From Anthoceros angustus (taxonomy: Eukaryota > Plantae > Anthocerotophyta), in the NCBI GenBank assembly GCA_010909165.1, contig MU008186.1, forward strand, positions 496,001-560,000: 64,000 nt of DNA, read 5' to 3'. A program made the position numbers and the translations under genes. This document shows positions 23,900 to 37,100 of the stretch, one piece after another (positions within the stretch are counted from its first letter, which is position 1; each line of letters begins with the position of its first letter). The notes beneath the pieces were generated by a model. It was not told the DNA's origin. It was given only the letters and a program-made list of their open reading frames with translations, and did not search any database.

Positions 23900-25790
23900 C
23901 AGTGGCCTTTACAATGCCTGGAGAAGAGGCCTTCCAGGCAGAAGATACTGGAACCTAGGCTATGGTTGAACTGCATACGGAAGCCAGCTCCGGTGACGGT
24001 GAATTCTCGGCTGTAGACTGGGATGAGTACGTCTCCGTGGACTGCCAACGAGAGGTACTGTGCTGTTCTGAATGTTGTTCCAAAACCTGCCACAAGTGCT
24101 GGGATTTATGTGAGAAGGAGAATCAGTGCAATAGTAGTGAGTTTGGAATTCTGCTGTTGCTGGAGACCTGTTAGCTCTAGGGACTCATGGGAGGTGGAGA
24201 GTTTATGCAAGAAGGGACGGGTAGATGAGGCACTGGGTATTCTGAAGCAAGTGGATGCGTTTTTCAACGGTTGTCTCCACGCGATGCCTTCTCTTGGACA
24301 GCCATTGTCTCAGGCTATAGTAACGCTGGACAATGTCGGGAGGCTCTCTCATGCTATGAGCAGGTGCAACAGGAAGGTGTTCAGCCCAACAACTACACAT
24401 TTGTCAGCTTACTCAAAGCATGCAGCAGGTTAAAGGACCCGTTGGAGGCCAGACGAATGCATGCGGACGATGCTAACCTTGGGCTTGAGTTAGACGTTTT
24501 GTTGGGAGCACTTTGGTCAGCATGTACGCGAAGTGTGGGGCATGGTGGATGGTGAAAGGGCTTTTGATGCCTTGCCTAAACGGAATCTTGTGCCTTGAAA
24601 TGCCGTAATTGCGGCTTATGCTCAACAGGGCCAAGGAGACAAGGCCTTGCAGATTTTTCGGAAAATGCAAGTGGAGGAAGTGAGGGCAGATGCAGCTGTT
24701 CTTCAAGCATGTGGGACCCTGTCCGAAATGGAGAAAAGCGTACTTGTAGGTGGTCAACTGGTGAAGGAGAAGACGCTGGAGCAGGGCAAGAAGATACATA
24801 CTGAAGCTATTCAAGGGGTTTTGGATCAAATGTCTTTGTTGCTAACACTTTGGTAAGTATGCATGCAAAGTGTGGGAGCATTGTGGATGCGCAAAGGTGT
24901 TTGATAGTCTGGTAGAGCGCAATGTAGTGTGGTGGAATGCAACGATTGCAGCCTACGCTCAGCAGGACCAAGGAGAAAAGCCTTTGCCTTGCAGATTTTT
25001 GAACAGAGAAGCAAAGGTGAGGCCAGATACTAGGACCTTCGTCAGCGCTCTTTCAAGCATGTGGTGCCATTGCAGAGAATGAGGACAGCGTTATGGTGCT
25101 TGGGCGAAATGTCAAGGTCGTAACCCTGCAAAAGAGGAGCTAATGGGACTGGTTCTGATGGAGATTTCTTCTTTAACAACAGTCTGGTTAGCCTGTATTC
25201 GAAGTGTGGAAGCATCACAGAGGCACGTCAGGTGTTTGATGCATTGTCCCAGCGCACTGTAGTATCATGGAATGCACTAATTGCAGGCTATGCTGCCCAA
25301 CATGAAGGTGGAAACGCCTTAGAGATCTACCGGTAAATGCAGAAGCAAGGCATCAGGCCTGATGCGCGGACGTTTGTAGGCGCTCTCCAAGCATGTGGCA
25401 TGGTTGCAGACCAGGAGAAGAGTTCTCTGGTGGATGGGCAGTTTGTCCAGGTGGAGTCTTTGCTACAGGCAAAGGTGATACATGCTGAGGTTGTGAGCAT
25501 GCATATATGGCCCTTGAAATGGACATGTTTGTGGGTAACACTCTGGTTAGTAAGTATTCAAAGTGTGGGAGCGTCAAGGATGCAGAAGTACAAGAATTTG
25601 ACAGATTGTCCAAGCGCAATGAGGTGACGTGGACGCTCATGATTGCAGCTTATTCTCAGCAGGATCAAGGCGACAAGGCTCTACAACTGTACATCCAAAT
25701 GCCAGAAGGCGTGAAGCCACAGGAGTCTACATTTGTTTCTTGTCTTGGAAGCTTGTAGCAATACTGGGGCCTTAGAAATTAAACCTGTGT
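23900..25790 (+). pseudogene. PLS-class pentatricopeptide repeat gene, degenerate and 3'-truncated (copy 1)
   Basis: Successive P/L/S motifs, e.g. RDAFSWTAIVSGY, PNNYTFVSLLKAC, DMFVGNTLVSKYSKCGSVKDA. It has stops and frameshifts, and no E/DYW domain was seen. Confidence 0.9.
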
Positions 25791-25824
25791 TCGAGTTCAC
25801 CAGCATGTTATTGAGACTGGAGGC

Positions 25825-27500
25825 ATTATTCCGGACTACTGATCGTTGCCCCACCCTGACGGTCTCTTACCGGAGTGGTCTACATTAGTGCAGCAAGTTA
25901 TCAAGCTGCTGGCGTGCTCGACGCAGGCTCTTCAGACGATATCACAAAATTGTACAGTGCTGGCACTTGAATTGATCGGTGAGTACCTGCCCCATCTGGA
26001 AGTGGCTTCCACGACCGAATTGGTTAATAGGGTGGGAGAGGCGTAGAGGCGTGGTAGCAGCAGCGGAGTAGTAGGCGTACCTGTCCCTTTGGCAAGGGCG
26101 CTTAGCGTGAAGGCTGTCTAAAAGCAACCTCGTGATGTTTGTTGGCTTGCTTCGTGAGCCGAGGTTGCTGCAACGAAAGACGGAGAACGTAAGTAAGCAT
26201 GCCTAATGTAGGCCTGTAGGAGGAAGAGCCACCCATCTTGGACTGTTACTACATACCTCCAAAGGAGACGTGTATTGGTGGTACCGGTGGTGTTCCGGCA
26301 GCTGCAGAAAGCGTTGGCCGTGAGGATGAGGCAGTTCTTGGGATTCTCGCGATCGGGTTCGTGGTCACTGCGCCTCCCAAGCCCTGCCTGCCGGGGCGCC
26401 ACGGCCAAAGGAGAGCCAGGCCAGGGCGACCAATCTCTGTACATCTCACAAACGGCGAATTACAAATGATAGCTTAACATGGATAGCTGGATTACAGCAA
26501 TTGTGCCGTTAGGATCGTTGTGAAGATTGGGGTAGCTTAGGTACACATAAGTTCGCATGAATTTGTTAAACACCAAAATCCCAACCACATGGACAGAGAT
26601 TAGGCAGCACTATCCACATCCTTGAGCACTCTACGGAAATGAGGCAACTCAATTTTCTTCGGTCCATACCATCTATCGCAATCCCTATGTACTTGGTGGT
26701 TGACCATGAGAGTGCGGAGCTTGAAGAAGAGGGAACCGAGGTGACGTGGTAGGGTGAACCCGGAGGGACTTCCGCGATGCTTCGCCATTTTCCGGCCCAT
26801 CTTGTTGATCCCGTGATAATTGAGGAGTTCTCTGCTTTATCTCGCACATACAAGGGCCACCATCAAGCGCTACCCGCAACAATGCAAGTGTTCTGCATTG
26901 TGGCCCAAAGTCATCTTCGTACAAATCCTAAGCCCAAAAGGCCTTAGGGTTTGCGCCGCACACGCCTACCAAGACATACCACCCAATCACCGGACATCCG
27001 GTGTTTATAGTGATGAGGTAGAGGATTCTGATTGTACCTTGCTCTATGTCGCTCCTCGCTTTTTATTTTAGCTTTAATTTCTCACAGACAACACAGAGGA
27101 AGCGTTGGATCTTGGTATTTTTAATGACCTAAAGTGCCGTATCCACAACTTGCAAAATAGTAACATACATGTGTGGTAATCGCTCTTGCTTGTTGTCTAG
27201 CATACTCAATGTAAATCTCCTCCTTTGTGAATGTATCAGCGTTGAATACTTACCTATTGGGTAGTCTTTCCACATTTCCTTTGAAAACAAATCCATCCAC
27301 ATCACACCGCACCATACAGTAGGAATTTTACCAGTTCGATCGGAAAACCTCGTCCCTTTGTACTCGGGTCCGAGCATTCCAATGGAGTGCCCCAATGCAA
27401 AAACACGGCAAAATTCCCTCACACATACCGAAACCTTTCCATGTGGTAGCTTATTCACCATCCGGTCAACACTTCAAACCCTTCGACCTCCGAGACAAAG
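25825..27500 (-). mobile_element. Degenerate DDE-like transposase with DGMDQ motif (DUF7869-like); 3' part also at ~63125-64000
   Basis: Frameshift-joined: LWIRHFRSLKIPRSN(R)F.CVVCEKLK, HYKHR, KYIGIAIDGMDQKKIELPHF, HVVGILV, HNDPNGTIAVI, and possibly GIMPPV at the truncation. The family name is from recalled motifs, not from a search. Confidence 0.55.
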
Positions 27501-27545
27501 AACTCACTTCGATGTAACGCACACGGTCCATGAAGGTAAATGTCT

Positions 27546-28050
27546 TGTCTTATTAGATGTGTGTGGCTATTTGCCAAGGACTTGATGCACCTCCTCCTCG
27601 TACATAGATGTTAAGCATCATGCGTCATTTCTATAATTTATTCAAGGTCCTACACTAAAAACAGCTTATTTTCTCGAACTTCTATATAAGACATGATGTT
27701 GTGAAGCTCTTGGCCTTTCCTCTAACCTTGTCTTATTACATGTGTGTGTGGCTATTTGCCAAGGACTTGATGCACCTCCTCCTCGTATATAGATGTTAAG
27801 CATCATGTCATCATTTCTATAATTTATTCAAGGTCCTACACTAAAAACAGCTTATTTTCTGTCGAACTTCTATATAAGACATGATGTTGTGAAGCTCTTG
27901 GCCTTTCCTCTAACCTTGTCTTATTACATGTGTGTGGCTATTTGCCAAGGACTTGCTGATGCACCTCCTCCTCGTACATAGATGCTAAGCATCATGCTGT
28001 CATTTTTATAATTTATTGAAGGTCTCACACTAAAAAATAGCCTATTTTCT
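27546..28050. repeat. ~186-bp tandem repeat, about 2.7 copies
   Basis: gtcttatta(g/c)atgtgtgtggctatttgccaaggacttgatgcacctcctcctcg... starts at ~27546, ~27730 and ~27918. Confidence 0.9.
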
Positions 28051-28519
28051 CACCCATACAAGTTTCTATGTATTTTTTAAGGAGTTTCTAATCTCCTATG
28101 ATCATGAGTTTCCTTGTATCATGAGGTTCTCTTTTCTAATTTTTTATACTAGGATGGGTCATGGATGGTAGAAATCGCTTCACAAATAAAGGCATACACT
28201 TTGACTTGAAAATCATCTTTAATTCTCCAAACCCAGTTAAAATAAACAAATACTATGGACCCACTACAAACTCCTCCTCTCGCAGCAGAGCATCGAGAAG
28301 TGGGAATACGAACGAATTGCAGGGCACTCGATCGGACTTGACTCAAGCCCGAGCCCAGTGGAGTTCCTTACAGGCTTTTGCCATCCGGGACCAGTTATCA
28401 AACACGCATAACGTTAACAATGTTCTAACCTTGTACGCAGCGAATTCAACGCCTCAAGATGAAGGAGTCGACACGGTGGCGGCTCACATCTAAGTTCCAG
28501 CTTGCGAGGCGGCTAGCCT

Positions 28520-28742
28520 CTCGGCTCAACGATGACCGACGCCGCTCAACTCCTAATGAGTCTCCGATTCTTACCAAGATTTCGTCACCATGACGTCGAT
28601 GGCGACCATGCACCGGCTCAATCTTCTCTCGGCTCAACGATGACCGAGCGACGCCGCTCAACTCCTAATGAGTCTCCGATTCTTACCAAGATTTCGTCAC
28701 CTGATCGATGGCGACCCGCACCACCGGCTCAATCTTCTCTCG
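28520..28742. repeat. ~110-bp tandem repeat, 2 copies
   Basis: ctcggctcaacgatgaccga...ccggctcaatcttct occurs twice. Confidence 0.85.
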
Positions 28743-31149
28743 ATGGAGGACATCAGCCTCAGATCGCCAGGAGGCCTCACCTGCAGGAGGGTCCAAGCCC
28801 GATGTGCAGAGCGCTTCCACCCGCTTCAAGCCCGGGAGGAATTCAAGGGCAAGGCGAATTTCACCCCTAAAGGTGACTCAACCTCCGCGCCGAGCCGAAT
28901 CGCAATTGGTGCGGAGTCGCCGGCCATTGGGCACGAGTGCCGCAAGAAAGAGGCCGGAGAGCCGCAGCCGACTGCAGCCCAGCTTTGAGCGACACACGTT
29001 CGCCTTCAATCACATCAACTGGTCTTGCAAATGCTGCTCGCCCCTTAGTCATCGGACGGTGGGCCACCGCCATGTCCCGCCTTTCCTATGCACTTTCTCA
29101 CACAAGACCGCCTCCTCGTGCGCAAAAGTCACCGACTACGTTGCTCGCCAAAACATTGTCCACCTTAATCCTTGCAGATGGTTCTTGGTGGAACACATAA
29201 CCCCAAAATGGACTGCAACTCCAACCCCTCGACTTAGGATTAGCAGGAGCAAGATTTCGCAACCGCCAGAGGCCTCGTTCCACCTCCTCTCCAAACAAAG
29301 GCAATCGGATCTCGTACCACATTTGGTCTCTCCCGCCCACCTGTAACCTCCTTGACCCACTCTGCGAACTCCAAACCAAAATCGACGATGCCATGCACTT
29401 TCTCACCACCCCGCGACTCAAGAACACTCTCCGCCGATGCTCGATTGTGGCATGCGGTGAAACACAACGTTGAAAATACTCCGCGACCCACAGTGGATCT
29501 GTAGGCGCCACCATGTCTTGTACAAACGCTTGATCAAAATAACGGTGACCCTAATTAGTGATGCTTTCACGAGACAGAGCTTCGTGGTACACAACATTGT
29601 TTCGTTAAGCGGCAACGTGTGCAAGTTCCTATTTATCGCCGCAGATGTCACGGTGCAAAGTCTAGAAGCCACGTAATGCAAGAACAAACAAAGGACTAAA
29701 CTCAAATTCCAATGAGCACAGTTCAAGGCTCACAGACAACAAGAAAACAAAATAGTGCCATCACCCAAACAAGTGCAGCGATTTTGCGTGATGGTTGCCG
29801 GCCGACGGCAAGCTTGCAGAAGCCCGTCGTAGCCGAACCATCACGCATTCAACGAAGAGAAACAATTAGGAGGCATGAGGGCAATGCCCTACGCTTTGTC
29901 CACTGAAAGCATAGAATATGAGCCGTTTCTTATAGTCCCTAGGTAGCCAGCCCATTTCCTAGTACCCATTAAGATGATGGCGCTACTAACACGACCCAAA
30001 GTTCTAGCACATCAACATAAATGCTCACATTATATTCTCACATGTTCACATAATGCTCACATGTGAACATAATGCTCACATGTGAACATAAGGTATAATG
30101 TATCATAAGGTTAAGCTATGTATTGTTCACATGTGTACACCGCAAATAGAAAATATATAAGTTGCAAAAATTGAGAACGGAATTGTAAGAAGTGAGGTAT
30201 TGTAGGTAATGGATGCCGAGTGCTTTGAGCGGATGTTGATTCCCTCTGAGTACGGACTCGCTTCCCATTTCTTGGAGTGCAATTGAGATGTTCATATCGC
30301 CGTGCTTCTTATAAAGAGGAAGATTGACGGCTTCTTATGACTGTGAAGATTGACCGCAAGATTGACGGCTTCTTATGACTGGAAGATTGACCGCTTACCT
30401 TAGATTGTAGGAGGTCATGTTTTGACAATCCTCGATTCCTATGCCCATGTCTCTTGCATCCAAGATAGGACTGCCAATCTTGGTAACTCACATTCCTATA
30501 ACTCTTTATTTTGTACAAGAATTATAGGTTCTGGTCATCTCATTTGCAAGAACCTTCCTCATTCTGTTTACCGTTTGGACATTATATATGATATGTAATC
30601 TAAAAAGTACCTATAATTATTCTAACTAATTTTACTTACTCGCTCGAAATCACCCACTTACCTCATGATCCACCTACATATGTGCCAAGGAAACCGCCTT
30701 ATAGGTGCAAAGAAAACCGCATGTCAAGCGGTTTCCTTTGTACATAAATGGATCTTGCTCCCATGTTTCAAATCCAACTGTTCTAGGTTTTGTCATGATG
30801 TGGGGATATGGGCGTACATAGGTAGAAGATGGTAACATGGGGAGTTTGTGTTGCTCTTATAGAAACTCATGGTAATACAAGAACCGAAACTTTTGCGAAG
30901 CTGTAGCCGGTCCCGATCCCAAGTGCTTGAACAAGCGCGTAATGGCTTCATAGATGGCCTTTGCCTTGCATTCCTCAGGCTAAACGTGCTTCTAGTTTTG
31001 AGCTGGCGATCCAGCGGCTTACAACTATGTTATGTTCCTGGAACCAAGACACGGTCGATCGAGCTACCAGTGCAGGGGCGAGGTGCACGCCTTTCATCAT
31101 CGGGCAACACCCTGCCGTTTGTCTGCCTCTATGTCTCACTCTCTGCTAG

Positions 31150-31575
31150 GATGGAGCTGGCCATTTGGGATGCTTGTGATTGAGGAGACGTGGGGATGAA
31201 GGAACAATTGGAAAGCTCGGTCTGTCAACGAGATCATGGAATTCTGCGCGCATGGGACAAACGCAGTCTGGCGTCAGGCATTCCGTGGAGGAGCTGAGCA
31301 AGCGTGCGTTGCGAGGAAGCACAGCTGAGAGGCACTGTGGAAGCAGTGCAGTTCCTGAAGGAGCGGGGAAAATGTTCTCCATCTTGTGCTCAAGCGGTGC
31401 ATGGAGGAGAGGGATTTAGGGCTTGGGAGGCGCATTCACGGGCTAGGACACCTTGAGCAACAATGTCTTATTGGCTCGTCTGCATGTCGCCTATGAGTGT
31501 GGAGGGCGTGAAGAACCGAAAGCACTTGCAGCCTGGTGGGAGGACATTAGCAGAAGGCCTTCCGCAAACAAGTAT
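31150..31575 (+). pseudogene. PPR gene 5' fragment joined to a GST-phi-like C-terminal segment
   Basis: VLKRCMEERDLGLGRRIH...SNNVL is a first PLS motif. It is followed directly by RKHL/AAWWEDISRRPSANK, which resembles phi-GST C-termini. Confidence 0.45.
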
Positions 31576-31799
31576 TTGCCCTCTCTCCTATTGCCCTTCT
31601 CGCTACACAATAGCCTGTTGTTGTCTTTCAATGCCAGAAATGGAGAAAGAAGAAGCTTACGAAGATGTAGGAATGTGGGCCGTTCTAAATACTCCATTGT
31701 ATAAACAAGGCTGAAACATCCATCTGGCGTCAGTTTATCCAATTGGTGCTATCCTGTGCAATTTCAACTGGTCCTCTTTAATATCCACTGCCAAGTGTG

Positions 31800-32776
31800 T
31801 CACTGCTGATTGATCCCGGTTTTTCTTCGCCTAATCTAGGTTCATTTGTCTTGCCTATGACTAGATTTCATGTATTGAAGGGGCCGACTGTGTCCCGTCG
31901 GGTGAGCTTTCTCTAGAACTTGTACCAATTTGGCACCATGGAGAGAAGCTAGAACTGTAGGTCCTGCAGGCTATCGTTGTCACACGGGTGTTTTGGAATA
32001 TGTAGGTGCTTCCTTCCAATTCTGTAGATTCTGTTTCTGCCAATGGCACTTGGCTACAACTTTCAGCTCAACTTGTGCTTATGTTAGCTCTTGGTTTGTC
32101 GTGATAGTGCTATTTCTAAATTTTACAGGCTTCGTCTTGTGGCACTTGGTACAACTTTTAGCTCAATTTGTGCTTATGCTAGCTCTTGCTTTGTAGTGAT
32201 AATGCTCTTTTTCATTATTACAGGCATCGTCTACATGTCTGGTTTAGCTTCACTACTGAAGGAAATGTATGCTTTGATTGGATGTTGAGTCTTGTGGCGG
32301 CATCTCAACTCTTCTTGCAATCAAGTCCCTCTGGTTGTTAGCAGCAGATATTAAGGTCTGTAAACTTGGAGCAGTGTCTGATCCAGACGACATGCTAGCT
32401 TCCTCTCCTCCCAGCGACCAGTTTCCGTTGTATCAAGAGACCCTATTGCAGAAGTTGCAGACACTACAAGCATCAATCTTGGGCTCAACCCTCCTTGTTC
32501 ACAAATTTGATCAGCAGCGGCTGCCAGGATGGTTGCCAGCGTATTCTCTTCTGCATCTTCGGCTGGGAGACATGCTCATTGAAGGCAAACAGCAGGTCAG
32601 CTCTAAGCAACAGATGTAAGATGAGCCATACTCTCAGCATTCAGAGGTGCAGCTACCGCGGGCAGCGTGAGTGTGTGCAGCAGCATTGCGGGCTCGGCGC
32701 GCAGCAGCGCGATGTGCGCGGGTGCTGAAGGCCGCCTCCCAGACCCACACGCGCGGGCTGAAGCTCCGGGCGCCAT
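31800..32776 (-). CDS. Unidentified spliced gene or gene fragment
   Basis: ATG at 32776 (MAPGASARAC...) and putative GT-AG exons (AEDAEENTLATILAAAADQI; SLQTLISAANNQRDLIARR). The frame is not fully resolved and no domain was recognised. Confidence 0.3.
32045..32230. repeat. ~92-bp tandem repeat (2 copies; third copy at ~33462-33546)
   Basis: gcacttgg(c)tacaac..t.agctcaa.ttgtgcttatg.tagctcttg.tttgt.gtga... recurs three times. Confidence 0.8.
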
Positions 32777-33151
32777 GGCTGTGCACTCGCGTTCCTGAGG
32801 TGTGTATGGCCCCTTTTCGGTTTCGTTTTTTGGTTTCGATCGCCATCGGTTGCCGGAGGAGGACGAAAGAGGGAGCATATGGCAATTATGGGCATTTATG
32901 TAGATGCCCATGTGAGCCTCATGGGCTGCATAGGCACATGGAGGGAATATTCGTCTTTATGATATGCCCGTTTTTGTGTGGGTATATTTCAGAGTATTTA
33001 GTTATCCAGTATAGCCATATTATTTTCTTCGTTAATATGGCTGGCTATTTCGATTCGTTAGCTTAAGTTTTCTTTTGACTAGCATATCATATTTTAAAAG
33101 AATTATATAGTTATATTAGGCTCATTTTCAAGCCTATTTTCGCCCCTACTT

Positions 33152-33436
33152 CATAGTGAGTGGGAGTAATAAAATATCTTATTAATTAGGGCACTATTCA
33201 TTAGGGCACCTAGAAATATCTTTAGTTAAATACCTAGAATTAATAATTAATTAATATAAATACCTAGAATTAATAATTAATTAATTCATAAGGTTAGAAG
33301 TAGTTAATATACTTTAGTTATTGGTTATGATGGTTACAACCACCTATAACCAACTCTACATTATATACATATGCTTTGTTCATTATAATTAATGCTACAA
33401 ACATCTTTGAGCAAGAGCATGATTCTCATCACTATT
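33152..33436. repeat. AT-rich dispersed repeat, inverted homolog of 16476-16704
   Basis: taatgctacaaacatctttgagcaag and gtgagtgggagtaataaaatatc...tattcattagggcacc match the reverse complement of the 16.5-kb segment. Confidence 0.7.
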
Positions 33437-34157
33437 TCGACTTTTACAGCCTTGCCTAGTGGCACTTGGTACAACATTCAGCTCAATTTGTGCTTATGCT
33501 AGCTCTTGCTTTGTAGTGAGAGTGCTGTTTTTATTTGCAGGCATCGCTACACGCCTCGCACCACGGATCACACGCCTGTGAGTCTTGGTTGCAAGTGTGA
33601 GCCGGGTTCAAAAGTACCTCCACGATCTCAGAGTGTCTCGCCATAGGCAACATAATTTTAGGGATATGGTGACAATATGACAAAAGTATCTTTGGTTGGA
33701 CAACCATTTCATATTTGAGCAGAAAATATTTGAACAAACTCAATCAAAGCTTATTTGAACACACTGCAAGCTTAAGATTTGTTCGGTGTGATGGAACGCT
33801 ACATTATTTAAAAGCTAAACCGTGATCAGCTTATGAACATTCACCAATGTTCCAAGCGCTCACCAACCAAGCAACGCCTCGACATTTAAACAGACCTACT
33901 CTTCTAAAGAACTCCAACACTAAAACCAATAGCAAACCTTGCACATTCACATCATCGCATAAGCAATCTTCTGCCTTTGCACTTATTTATGCACTTACCG
34001 CAGAGCCATGCTTCCTTTCCTTGTGCATATCTTACTTGTGCGAGTTGAACAGCCCACATCCGGCCTTGAGGGATTTTAGAACCTCCTCGACTCTCAACCA
34101 GCATCCACATTGACATCCTCTTCACCATGGCCACCATGTTAGGCAATTCTTTGGACA

Positions 34158-37100
34158 ATGTTTCCCCTACCAATCCGATCACATGGCATGGCTCCCGCCC
34201 AATTTGCAAAGTTGGGTATAGCATTTCCCAAACCAGCTACATGCAAGCCCCGCCTTGGCTAGAAACACGAGCAAGTTCGCCGCTCACGTAAAACTTTCGA
34301 ATCCACTTGTAGTTGCTGGACTCTACAACGAGGATAACCAGTTGTCCTTGCACGATATGGTTTCCACCTTTATCCTCACACATGAGATGCAAATGAACCG
34401 CCTTGCCAAATTGAATCGAAGCCATTAACGCTTCTTGGAAGGATACATTATCACTACACAAGAAGGACGACGAGGCATGGTGGAGCCATGATATCCTATA
34501 ATAGCATCCATGATGCATTTCAAAGCCCTCAATGTTTCTACCAATCCGGCCATCACATCGCATGGCTCCGCCCAATTTGCAAAGTTGGGTATAGCATTTC
34601 CCAAACCAACAGCCTACATGCAAGCCCGCTTGGCTAGAACAGCAAGTTCGCACCGCTCACGTAAAACTTTCGAATCCACTTGTAGTTGCTGGACTCTACA
34701 ACGAGGATAACCAGTTGTCCTTGCACGATATGGTTTCCACCTTTATCCTCACACATGAGATGCAAATGAACCCTTGCCAAATTGAATCGAAGCCATTAAC
34801 GCTTCTTGGAAGGATACATTATCACTACACAAGAAGGACGAGGCATGGTGGAGCCATGATATCCTATAATAGCATCCATGATGCATTGCAAATCCCTGTT
34901 TCTCTTTTCGCCCATCAACTTAGCTCACAAGTAATCAACTCCACTACCTTTTGATTATCGCTAGTTTGTCCATCGCTCCGAATGATGTATATCAACCTTT
35001 GGGATAATATATCAAGCTTCCGGAATATTACAAGAAATGTCCAACGTTGTCCTATTTCCCACGGAGGTCGAGTGACATCGTAAAGGAATTGTTGACACAA
35101 AGTGACTTGTCGACTTGGAGCTTGTGACCATATGTGACGAGGCACAAGATGTGTCACCTTCAATACATAATCTCTTTGCCGCTCATAAACTCACTATTCC
35201 CGCACTATATCGCCAAGTATTCCGTGATCTACGAATTCCTCCACCTTATGAGATACCTGATGCCACTTCATCGCCAATAGGAGGCCAATCATATTCAAAA
35301 CCCACTACGCTTCGTAACAAAATACCCTTCACCGCATCGCAAGGTTCGCTCTTCATCTAGAAGAAACTTTGTTAAACTGCCTCAAGGTATGCTTGGTTCC
35401 GTCTCAATTTGCAAGGTACCAAATGAGTTACATGAAGGTTGATGAAACCTTGTGCCAATGCAACTCTGGACTTCCCTAGGTGAAGCACAAAAGTCTCTCA
35501 ATTCTTCGAGGACATGATGTCTCATAAATGTATAGGCAAACCCACGGGTTGTTTTGACTGACAAGTATGTCAACAAAATCGCCAATCGCTCCTCCACCAG
35601 ATTCTATGAAGACATCCATACCATTGTAGAATATGGAAATAAGATTGTAGCCAAATATGTATTGATGAGTGCATTCCCAAGGCCACCTTGGAAAAAGACG
35701 ATTTTGCAAGACCACCTTAAGAAAAGAAACAAAGTTAGTACAACACTCAAATGCAAGGTATCACCTTCAACCTCTTCACCACAAAGGATTGCAGGAAAAG
35801 AAAATATTTACCAAGCCTTGGGAAAAACCCTCGCTTAAGAAAGTTCGAACATCTTGACATTGTAAGCGGCCTATAAACTCATAGTTTTCATCATTCTCAT
35901 ATCTAATTGGCCAATGTAGAGATGTTTCACTACTTGAGCTTGCTTGCCGATTGATGGTTATTGGAATGAAACCTTGAGTACTCATATCTAATTGGCCAAT
36001 GTAGAGATGTTTCACTACTTGAGCTTGCCGATTGATGGTTATTGGAATGAAAATCCTTGAGTACTCATATCTTTAGAGGTGCCTCATAACATAACTCCAA
36101 CTCCAACATAATATTCACCAAGTCTTGAGCCTCAAGTCCGGTATAGCCTTTGAAAAGTTAGTAAGAATTGACTCAAGTGGCTTTCGCTCTACAAATCCTT
36201 GAGGAGTGCGGGTAAGAGTGGTGTATGTGGATGCATGAGATGACCTAGAAAGTCGTGGGTAATCCAATTAGGATTAATTATTATCATATTTTTACTTTTC
36301 AACCGGATAATTTTTCCAACATCATGAAGATAGGATGAAATTGCAAATCCTCGTGTTTCTCTTTTCGCCCATCAACTTAACAGTAATCAACGCACTACCT
36401 CCTTTTGATTATCGCTAGTTTGTCCATCGCTCCGAATGATGTATATCAACCTTTGGGATAATATATCAAGCTTCGGAATATTACGGTAAAAATGTCCAAC
36501 GTTGTCCTATTTCCCGCAGGTCGAGTGACATCGTAAAGGAATTGTTGACACAAAGTGACTTGTCGACTTGGAGCTTGTGACCATATGTGACGAGGCACAA
36601 GATGTGTCACCTTCAATACATAATCTCTTTGCCGTTCATAAAACTCGGTATTCCTCCGCATAAGTATTCCGTGATCTACGAATTCCTCCACCTTATGACG
36701 CGCTCTGTTGCCACGTACTTCATCGCCAATAGGAGGCCAATCATATTCAAAACCCACTACGCTTCGTAACAAAATACCCTTCACCGCATCGCAAGGTTCG
36801 CTCTTCATCTAGAAGAAACTTTGTTAAACTCTCAAGGTATGCTTGGTTCCGTCTCAATTTGCAAGGTACCAAATGAGTTACACAAGGTTGATGAAACCTT
36901 GTGCCAATGCAACTCCGGACTTCCCTAGGTGAAGCACAAAAGTCTCTCAATTCTTCGAGGACATGATGTCTCATAAATGTATAGGCAAACCCACGGGTTG
37001 TTTTGACTGACAAGTATGTCAACAAAATCGCCAATCGCTCCTCCACCGCGATTCTATGAAGACATCCATACCATTGTAGAATATGGAAATAAGATTGTAG

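Larger units (their letters stand above)
19377..26694. repeat. Segmental duplication, copy 1 (at least 7.3 kb)
   Basis: Nearly identical to 56705-64000 (offset ~37.3 kb). The left breakpoint is at cgcatttgccacc; the right end lies beyond the window in copy 2. Confidence 0.97.

Noticed and set aside
27546-28050. Regular repeat array as a possible CRISPR
   Set aside because: Units are ~186-bp near-identical tandem copies with no unique spacers, and the context is eukaryotic with no cas genes.
30702-30740. Imperfect 15-bp inverted repeat (tgcaaagaaaaccgc/gcggtttcctttgta)
   Set aside because: Two mismatches, too short for a miRNA precursor, and no associated element boundary.
35130-35155. ICDEAQD resembling an SF1 helicase Walker B motif
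   Set aside because: No Walker A or motif III nearby, and the opposite strand looks at least as coding-like. Likely chance.
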